Assembly (NCBI GenBank): GCA_023136205.1
Contig: JAGLRQ010000078.1
Span: 1 to 21,392 of the forward strand
DNA: 21,392 bases
DNA from: Candidatus Auribacterota bacterium
GTDB lineage: Bacteria > Auribacterota > UBA6266
Direction of reading: 5' to 3'
The position numbers and the translations under genes are program-made. Below the pieces are notes generated by a model. That model was given only the letters and a program-made list of their open reading frames with translations, was not told the origin of the DNA and did no database searches. This document shows, one piece after another, positions 13,071-19,544 of this stretch. Position 1 is the stretch's first letter. The number at the start of each line of letters is the position of its first letter.

Positions 13071-14258
13071 CTATTCCCTTACACCTAAATAGGTAACTTT
13101 TCTATCAAAATTTTTCTCAGGCTGAGTAAAATCCAGCATCTCTTTATATACGTCTTCAATTTCTTCTACCTTTATATCTCTTCCGCCAAGCCCAAAAACG
13201 TAATTGTGCGTTTTCGGTTGTTTCTTCCGGCCATAAAGAGCAGCCTTTGTTTCAATGGCAAGAGGCGCTTCTCCGGCGCTCATGGCATCCGATCTGTCCA
13301 TAATCGCAAGTGTTTTAAGATTTGACAGAGTTTTGGCCAATTCTTCCGCGGGGAAAGGCCTGAAAACTCTCATCCTTACAAGCCCGACTTTTTTACCATC
13401 CTTTCTCAGGTTGTCAACAGCAACTTTAGCCGTTCCGCAGACAGAACCCATTGCCAGAATAGCTGTTTCGGCATCATCCATCTCATAAGATTCGAAGAAG
13501 TCATAGTTCCTTCCAAACTTCCCGGCAAATTCTTCACAGCACTCTTTGATAATAGCTTTTGATTTATACATTGCGTCAATAGCCACCATTTTATGTTCAA
13601 AATAGTAGTCCTGCAGATCTAGGCCACCCAGTGTTATCTTCTTGTCGGGGTTCAAAAGCCATGTCTCGGGTTTATACTGGCCAAGGTATTTTGTAACATC
13701 TTCATCCGGTATAAGATCAACTCTGGCCATGCAATGAGAAATAATAAATCCATCTGTTGAAACCATCATCGGGAGCATTGCCTTCTCAGCAATTTTAATT
13801 CCCATAAGAACACTGTCATAAGCTTCCTGGGCATCTTCACAATAAACCTGCATCCAGCCTGAATCCCTTACAAACATGGTATCAGAATGGTCACAATGAA
13901 TATTTATAGGGCCCGCGATTGTCCTGTTGACCTCAGGCATCACAATAGGCAGCCTTAAGGCGCTTGCTATAGGGAGAATTTCCGACATAAGCATTAATCC
14001 CTGGCTTGATGTCGCGGTCATACACCGGCCGCCCGCGGCGGCAGCACCCACCGCGGCACTCATCGCTGAATGCTCGCTTTCAACCCTGACAAACTCGGTA
14101 TGAACAAGGCCATCAGCAACAAAACCCGCGAAAATCTGGGCTATTTCAGTTGCCGGGGTTATGGGATACGCGGCCACCACATCAGGATTTATCTGGCGCA
14201 TGGCTTCCGCCATGGCTTCATTTCCCGTTTTGGCAACCGTTAAATTTTTATCAACCAT
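13071..14258 (-). CDS. porA: Pyruvate:ferredoxin oxidoreductase, alpha subunit
   Basis: 395 aa with the typical N-terminus (GNEA.AEA......DVVAAYPITP.TEI) and an AAGGAG Shine-Dalgarno sequence. Confidence 0.9.
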   Translation of the reverse strand: MVDKNLTVAKTGNEAMAEAMRQINPDVVAAYPITPATEIAQIFAGFVADGLVHTEFVRVESEHSAMSAAVGAAAAGGRCMTATSSQGLMLMSEILPIASALRLPIVMPEVNRTIAGPINIHCDHSDTMFVRDSGWMQVYCEDAQEAYDSVLMGIKIAEKAMLPMMVSTDGFIISHCMARVDLIPDEDVTKYLGQYKPETWLLNPDKKITLGGLDLQDYYFEHKMVAIDAMYKSKAIIKECCEEFAGKFGRNYDFFESYEMDDAETAILAMGSVCGTAKVAVDNLRKDGKKVGLVRMRVFRPFPAEELAKTLSNLKTLAIMDRSDAMSAGEAPLAIETKAALYGRKKQPKTHNYVFGLGGRDIKVEEIEDVYKEMLDFTQPEKNFDRKVTYLGVRE

Positions 14259-14328
14259 TTTAAACTCCTTATTGCGTGAAACTGTAATTTATAGAACAAA
14301 GTAAATATAAATTACTAAGATGAACGTA

Positions 14329-14349
14329 ATCCCGAACTTGTTTCGGGAT
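14329..14349 (-). other. Perfect 8-bp hairpin in the 105-nt porD-porA spacer
   Basis: ATCCCGAA cttgt TTCGGGAT. No U-tract follows on the coding strand, so it is not a canonical intrinsic terminator. Confidence 0.4.
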
Positions 14350-14363
14350 CTCTTTCTGAAAAT

Positions 14364-14687
14364 CTATTTCTGGAATTCTTTTTCATCCGCCATGGTTATG
14401 GCACATTTATCTTTTTCAAATTCAACCTTTTTATTGATAGGGCATTCGCTCGCGCAAATACCGCATCCTTTACAGTGGTCGTAATCGTAGCCCATAACTT
14501 TTCCATCTTTAACTATAATAGAAACATCCGGACACATAACCCAGCATCTCAGGCAGTGAATACAATTCTCTTTATGGAAAACAGGCCTCTGGCTTCTCCA
14601 ATCCCCTGTTTTAAATTCAGTGGAGGTCCCTGCTGACATTGAATCAGCATCCGGGAGTTCTTTCCACCCCATTTTTTTATTTTCCAT
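14364..14687 (-). CDS. porD: Pyruvate:ferredoxin oxidoreductase, delta subunit (2x[4Fe-4S] ferredoxin-like)
   Basis: 107 aa with two cluster motifs (CIHCLRCWVMCP and CKGCGICASECP). Its start overlaps the porG stop by 1 nt (TGATG). Confidence 0.9.
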   Translation of the reverse strand: MENKKMGWKELPDADSMSAGTSTEFKTGDWRSQRPVFHKENCIHCLRCWVMCPDVSIIVKDGKVMGYDYDHCKGCGICASECPINKKVEFEKDKCAITMADEKEFQK

Positions 14688-15268
14688 CAGCTTTTTACCT
14701 CCCCATAAGCTCTTTTAATAGCTTTAAGGTTACCTTCTATAACTTCAGGTTTATGCCTGAATTTCTTCTCAAGTTTGCTCTTCATATCCACAAGAACATG
14801 TTCAACATCAAGCTTACCGTAAATTTTTACAAGAGCCCCGAGCATCGGAGTGTTTGGAATATCCCTGCCGATTTCTTCCTTCGATATACCGGACGCGTTA
14901 ACAGTGTAAACATTAATACCCTTATCTTTAATGTTCAGCTCCTCCGAGATAGCAGCAGATGTTTTTTCAGTGTTAATAATTATACTGTCCCCCTCGTTCA
15001 AACCCTGAAAAACATCTACAGTCGCGATTAAGGTAGGGTCAAGAACAACAACAATATCCGGGCTCGTAACCCCGCAGTGAAGAGTTATTGGTTCAGGGCT
15101 TATCCTGTTAAAAGACTGCACGGGAGCACCCATTCTCTCGGGCCCATATTCAGGAAAAGCCTGAATATACTGGCCAAGGCTCATTGCGGCTTCTCCAAAA
15201 AGCAAGGCCGCTGTTTTAGCCCCCTGGCCGCCTCTTCCATGCCATCTAATCTCCGCCAAATTATCCAT
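14687..15268 (-). CDS. porG: Pyruvate:ferredoxin oxidoreductase, gamma subunit
   Basis: 193 aa. The N-terminal EIRWHGRGGQGAKTAA is typical of POR/KOR gamma subunits. AAGGAGA Shine-Dalgarno sequence. Confidence 0.9.
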   Translation of the reverse strand: MDNLAEIRWHGRGGQGAKTAALLFGEAAMSLGQYIQAFPEYGPERMGAPVQSFNRISPEPITLHCGVTSPDIVVVLDPTLIATVDVFQGLNEGDSIIINTEKTSAAISEELNIKDKGINVYTVNASGISKEEIGRDIPNTPMLGALVKIYGKLDVEHVLVDMKSKLEKKFRHKPEVIEGNLKAIKRAYGEVKS

Positions 15269-15375
15269 GATAATTCTCCTTAAACCTTACTTTATACATA
15301 ACTACAATTATTACCAGTAAAAATATTCCGTAACGCTATCACGATTAAAATATCAAGTCAAGTGCTATATAAATC

Positions 15376-15975
15376 CTACATTTCCTTCCTGCATTCCAGC
15401 GCTTTTGAAATAGTATCCCTATCAACATAATCAAGAGAACCTCCAACAGGAAGTCCAAAAGCAATCCTGCTCACCTTTACCCCATAAGGTTTTATCTCTT
15501 CGGCAAGATATATCGAGGTAGCTTCACCATCCACATCAGAATTCGTGGCAATTATCACTTCTTCAAACTTCTTTTCCTTTATTCTTTCAAGAAGATATTT
15601 TATGGTGAGCTGTTCCGGACCAATGCCATCCAGAGGAGAGATTTTCCCCTTAAGAACATGGTAAACTCCTTTATAACCCGCCGTATCCTCTATAGAATAA
15701 ACTTCTTTGGCTTCTTCAACAATACATAAAATTTTTGTATCCCTGGCAGGAGAGGAGCAGATATCACAGAAATCGCCTTCTGAAAAAGAGTGGCACACTT
15801 TACATTCTTTTACGGAAGATACAATGTTTTTTACCGCCTCTGAAAGCGCCAGCGCGTCGTTATTGTCCCTTTTGAGAAGTTCAAGGGCTATCCGTTCGGC
15901 ACTCCTTCTGCCTATACCCGGAAGCTTTTTAAATTCGGATATAACATTCTTTATCGATTTGGGATAGCCGGACAT
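15376..15975 (-). CDS. recR: Recombination protein RecR
   Basis: 199 aa. HhH LPGIGRRSAERIA, C4 zinc finger CKVCHSFSEGDFCDIC, and a Toprim region. Confidence 0.93.
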   Translation of the reverse strand: MSGYPKSIKNVISEFKKLPGIGRRSAERIALELLKRDNNDALALSEAVKNIVSSVKECKVCHSFSEGDFCDICSSPARDTKILCIVEEAKEVYSIEDTAGYKGVYHVLKGKISPLDGIGPEQLTIKYLLERIKEKKFEEVIIATNSDVDGEATSIYLAEEIKPYGVKVSRIAFGLPVGGSLDYVDRDTISKALECRKEM

Positions 15976-16101
15976 TATAAAAACCGTATCTCGGATTTAG
16001 TATATAGTATTTAGTCCCCTTCGGGGAGGCTACATTGCACTTCGCACTATTTTGTGAATCATGAATTGTAAAAAACTCACTTTCCACTATTCACTGCTTT
16101 T

Positions 16102-16413
16102 CTACATAAGTCCCGGAATACTCATTCCTCCGGAAACTTTTCCCATCACTTCAGCAGACGCTTTTTTCGCTTTCTCCTGTGCTTCCCTGATTGCCGCAAG
16201 AACCATATCCTGAAGCATTTCGGAGTCACCATCTTTTAATACTTCGGGATCAATTTTAATGTTTTGAATTTTAAGCTCGCCGTCACATATTGCTGTAACC
16301 GCGCCGCCTCCGGCAGTCCCTTCTACCACCGTCCCGGCAAGCTTCTTTTGAGCTGCAAGCATATCTTCCTGCAGTTTTTTTGCCTGCTTCATAAGTTTCA
16401 CCATTGAAGCCAT
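16102..16413 (-). CDS. ybaB: YbaB/EbfC-family nucleoid-associated DNA-binding protein
   Basis: 103 aa. The ATG immediately follows the dnaX TAG. Typical M..MMKQA..LQ..M...Q..L ... G.GG.V.... start, and the conserved dnaX-ybaB-recR synteny. Confidence 0.9.
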   Translation of the reverse strand: MASMVKLMKQAKKLQEDMLAAQKKLAGTVVEGTAGGGAVTAICDGELKIQNIKIDPEVLKDGDSEMLQDMVLAAIREAQEKAKKASAEVMGKVSGGMSIPGLM

Positions 16414-18072
16414 CTAACCCCTCCCTCCTAAATTCACATCCGTTATTTTCGCGTTAAAAAGATCGAGAACCTGGTTAACATGAGGATTTTTCGTTACATC
16501 ATCTGAAAGAATGCTTTCTTCTTCTGTACTTTCAATTTTAACATTTTTTTGCCCGCCGCAAAAACCAAAAGATACCTTTACGGAACATCCAAGCCTCATA
16601 CTGAACTGGCGTTCAATAATTTTTACATTTTCAGGAGTTCTAAGGGCATCAATATGCATATTCTGAAAACTTTCGTCAAAACCTATCACCAAAACATCAT
16701 CGCTAAAGCTTACCGGACGGCTCTCAACAAGATACGCTTTTAAAATAGGCTTCATCCTGCTTATCCCGGCCATGGCTTCATGCCATATCTTTTTTACACC
16801 ATCAAGCTCAACCTCCGCGGAAGAAGAATTGTCTTTTTTTGCATAACGGGTAACCGGCTCTGATACCAGGCTCTGCCTGGCTGCCGGCCTTTCCCCTGAA
16901 TTGTTATCCTCTCTGTTGGGAGAAGCTTCAATCTTTTCCTTCAATTTTTCAAGCCTGTTTATTACATTATCAATTGAAACCCGGTCTTTTAACTTTATAA
17001 GCTCAAGAACCGCTATCTCCAAAAAAGTTCTAACCGAAAGCGCACTGCCTATTCTGGCCTCCACATCAACAAGTGAAGAGATAATATCCTTTAAAACAGA
17101 AGTTTCCAGGCGGGAAGCAAATCCGCAGGCTTTCTTCTCATCTTCGGGCGATAATTCTAACGCGGGCATGTTTTTCCCGAGCACGCTAAAAAGCAAAAGG
17201 TTTCTGAAATATTCTATAAGGCCGCTTATAAACGTCCCGGGATCCTTGCCCATATCAAATACCTTTTCTATCACTTTTAATACGGCAACAGCGTCTCCCT
17301 CGATAACAGATTTCACGATATCCTGAATCATCTCTTTATCAACTATTCCCAGCATTGAAACAACATCTTTTTCTCTTATGTTCTCGCCCGCGAATGAAAT
17401 CATCTGGTCAAGCATGGACTGGGCATCTCTCATACTGCCGTCCGCAAATTTCGCTATAAGAATCAGGGCGGGTTTCTCTGCTTTGATCTTTTCTTTCTTA
17501 ACAATCTCTTCCAGTTTTTCAACAATCAAATGAACCGGGATTTTTCGGAAATCAAGCCTCTGGCATCTGGAGCGTATCGTGATTGGAACTTTTAACGGCG
17601 CGGTGGTCGCGAAGAAAAACTTAACATGCCCGGGAGGTTCCTCAAGTGTCTTTAGAAGAGCATTAAACCCCTGTGTTGTTACCATGTGAACTTCATCAAT
17701 AATGTATATTTTAAACTTTCCCTTTGCGGGCATATACTGAACTGTTTCACGGATATCTCTTATATCATCTACTTTATTGTTTGATGCCCCATCAATCTCT
17801 ATAATATCAATGCTGCTGCCGGAAGAAACCTCAACACAGCTCTGGCATTTGCCGCACGGTTCCTGGTTATGGGGCTTCTGGCAGTTAAGAACTCTGGCAA
17901 ATATTCTGGCGGTACTTGTCTTTCCTATACCGCGGGATCCCGCGAAAAGATATGCATGAGCTACACGGCCTGTCTTTATGCTGTTTTTAAGGGTTTTTGC
18001 AATATGTTCCTGCCCTATAAGCTCATCAAATTTCTGGGGCCTCCACTTTCTCGCTAAAACTAAATAACTCAT
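16414..18072 (-). CDS. dnaX: DNA polymerase III subunits tau/gamma
   Basis: 552 aa. LARKWRP..F..L.GQ, Walker A GSRGIGKTS, zinc module C-x8-C-x2-C-x2-C (CQKPHNQEPCGKCQSC), Walker B IIDEVHM, SRC motif (RSRCQ). Confidence 0.93.
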   Translation of the reverse strand: MSYLVLARKWRPQKFDELIGQEHIAKTLKNSIKTGRVAHAYLFAGSRGIGKTSTARIFARVLNCQKPHNQEPCGKCQSCVEVSSGSSIDIIEIDGASNNKVDDIRDIRETVQYMPAKGKFKIYIIDEVHMVTTQGFNALLKTLEEPPGHVKFFFATTAPLKVPITIRSRCQRLDFRKIPVHLIVEKLEEIVKKEKIKAEKPALILIAKFADGSMRDAQSMLDQMISFAGENIREKDVVSMLGIVDKEMIQDIVKSVIEGDAVAVLKVIEKVFDMGKDPGTFISGLIEYFRNLLLFSVLGKNMPALELSPEDEKKACGFASRLETSVLKDIISSLVDVEARIGSALSVRTFLEIAVLELIKLKDRVSIDNVINRLEKLKEKIEASPNREDNNSGERPAARQSLVSEPVTRYAKKDNSSSAEVELDGVKKIWHEAMAGISRMKPILKAYLVESRPVSFSDDVLVIGFDESFQNMHIDALRTPENVKIIERQFSMRLGCSVKVSFGFCGGQKNVKIESTEEESILSDDVTKNPHVNQVLDLFNAKITDVNLGGRG

Positions 18073-18101
18073 TTCAATACCTTTAATTCTTAATTAGATT
18101 A

Positions 18102-18373
18102 GACCGTGCACCCGGCCTCGAGGCTCCCCAAAAATTCATCCACCAGCTCCATCGCTCCAGCCAGGCACTCCCACAGCACAAGCAAATTTTTGTTTACCGC
18201 TGCTTTCTTCCAAATCTGACGGGGTTCACAAACATGCCTTCCATGAGACCCAGCCTTCACAGCTAAAGAAAACCGCTTCAGAAAATCCGGGTACCCTCTT
18301 AACAAGGGAATTAAATCCTGCTAGAGCGGATTGCAGGTTACAGGGCACCGCTACCTCCCCATCTAGCACGGTC
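18102..18373 (-). ncRNA. ffs: Signal recognition particle RNA, long (Bacillus-type, Alu-domain-containing) form, about 272 nt
   Basis: The minus strand reads CCGTGCTAGATGGGGAGGTAGCGGTGCCCTGTAACCTGCAATCCGCTCTAGCAGG..., nearly identical to my recollection of the B. subtilis scRNA 5' domain. It contains the domain IV motif GTCAGATTTGGAAGAAAGCAGC and ends GGGTGCACGGTC, which pairs with the 5' end. It sits upstream of dnaX as in Bacillus. The ends are approximate. Confidence 0.85.
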
Positions 18374-18446
18374 AATTTTTGTTATACCAAATTTAGCAAT
18401 TTTAAGCACTATTCTTTTTAAAATAAAAAGCTTTTTTGTGTTAAGG

Positions 18447-18523
18447 TGGCACGCCCGAGAGGACTTGAACCTCCAACCTTCTGGTCCGTAGCCAGACACT
18501 CTATCCAATTGAGCTACGGGCGC
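18447..18523 (-). tRNA. tRNA-Arg (anticodon ACG), CCA encoded
   Basis: The minus strand GCGCCCGTAGCTCAATTGGATAGAGTGTCTGGCTACGGACCAGAAGGTTGGAGGTTCAAGTCCTCTCGGGCGTGCCA folds as a cloverleaf. Anticodon stem TCTGG/CCAGA, loop CTACGGA. Confidence 0.9.
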
Positions 18524-18699
18524 ATCAAATTTACCAATACAATTAACCAAAAAAGGCTTTTAAAGCGAGTAACGTTAGCACAAACCTGATATTAAATCAA
18601 GAGCACATTAAAAGCAATCATGAATTAAAAATTTTATAAATTACAACTAAAATAAACTACTAAACAAGGCTGAGCATAACAATTAATTATTTAGTTTTT

Positions 18700-18708
18700 T
18701 GGTATAAT
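18700..18708 (+). promoter_or_regulatory. Candidate extended -10 promoter element (TGGTATAAT) upstream of tadA
   Basis: A perfect TGnTATAAT match lies 40 nt upstream of the tadA ATG, in an AT-rich divergent intergenic region. No good -35 is visible. Confidence 0.35.
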
Positions 18709-18748
18709 ATTTACGAAAACGGCCCGGTACTGTATAATTTAACTTCTT

Positions 18749-19213
18749 ATGAAACAATTAAAATTAAATTATTTAGCGGAAGCGTTGAAAGAGGCCGGAA
18801 AAGCTTTTGACAAGGGAGAAGTGCCTGTCGGGGCTGTCATCGTTGACAAAAGCGAGCGTATTATCGCGCGCGCTTATAATCAATCACAAATGTTAAACGA
18901 CGCCACGGCACACGCTGAAATGATAGCTATAACCCAGGCTTCCAATCACATTGGCGACTGGCGGCTTGGAGACTGTACGATGTTCGTCACAAAAGAACCG
19001 TGTACAATGTGCGCGGGAGCAATTTTTCTCTCAAGGATTAAAAAGGTTGTATATGGCTGCCCCGAGAAAGGATGCGGGGGCCTCATGAAACTTCTTGAAA
19101 CAGGAAAATTCCCTGAAATAGAAACTTCTCTTGAAATAGAGTTCGCGAACAGCAAAGAGTGTTCGGCATTGCTTGAGGAATTTTTCAAAAAGGTAAGAAC
19201 TGCGAAGAAATAA
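18749..19213 (+). CDS. tadA: tRNA-specific adenosine deaminase (A34 of tRNA-Arg-ACG)
   Basis: 154 aa. CDA-fold zinc motifs HAEMIAI and PCTMCAGA, with a typical GEVPVGAVIV N-terminal region. Confidence 0.9.
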   Translation: MKQLKLNYLAEALKEAGKAFDKGEVPVGAVIVDKSERIIARAYNQSQMLNDATAHAEMIAITQASNHIGDWRLGDCTMFVTKEPCTMCAGAIFLSRIKKVVYGCPEKGCGGLMKLLETGKFPEIETSLEIEFANSKECSALLEEFFKKVRTAKK

Positions 19214-19329
19214 AACCGGGAAAAAAGATTATTACCCCTTGCTGTTTTACTTCGTAAAACAAAGCGCCGGGGATACGTTCAACTTGGCAACTTATGTTCA
19301 CTACGTTCCATAAGTTACAGTTTCGCGTA

Positions 19330-19418
19330 GGAGAGGTGGCAGAGCGGCTGAATGCGGCGGTCTCGAAAACCGTTATCCCTTCTAGGGATCGGGGGTTCAA
19401 ATCCCTCCCTCTCCGCCA
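19330..19418 (+). tRNA. tRNA-Ser (anticodon CGA), long variable arm, CCA encoded
   Basis: GGAGAGGTGGCAGAGCGGCTGAATGCGGCGGTCTCGAAAACCGTTATCCCTTCTAGGGATCGGGGGTTCAAATCCCTCCCTCTCCGCCA. Anticodon loop CTCGAAA, a long extra arm, and T-loop GGTTCAAATCC. Confidence 0.9.
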
Positions 19419-19544
19419 TTTAAAAAAACCTGGGATACAGAAGGATCTAATTTTTTCTGCCAGAGAAACTCTTATGCCTGTGCTAAAGAAAAAGCCATAA
19501 GCAACCGGCAGACAAAAACGATTATAGCGAAGTTTAAAGAAATC

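Noticed and set aside
16015-16027. Hairpin TCCCC-ttc-GGGGA between ybaB and recR as a terminator.
   Set aside because: No U-tract follows on the coding strand, and recR follows in the same operon-like arrangement. It may be a stability element, but a terminator call is unsupported.
16549-18057. Plus-strand ORFs inside dnaX (16549-16743, 16901-17326, 17777-17959, 17869-18057).
   Set aside because: They are antisense to a gene with unambiguous clamp-loader motifs, so they are shadow ORFs.
18099-18550. Minus-strand ORFs 18099-18305 and 18338-18550.
   Set aside because: They coincide with the SRP RNA and tRNA-Arg genes, so they are translations of structured RNA genes.
19244-19260. Hairpin GTTTTAC-ttc-GTAAAAC after tadA as an intrinsic terminator.
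   Set aside because: The stem is an AT-rich 7 bp and is followed by AAAGCGCC rather than a U-tract, so it is too weak to call.
19185-19500. ORFs 19185-19400 (-) and 19294-19500 (+).
   Set aside because: They overlap tRNA-Ser and the tadA 3' end. They have no ribosome-binding sites and are not credible as coding.
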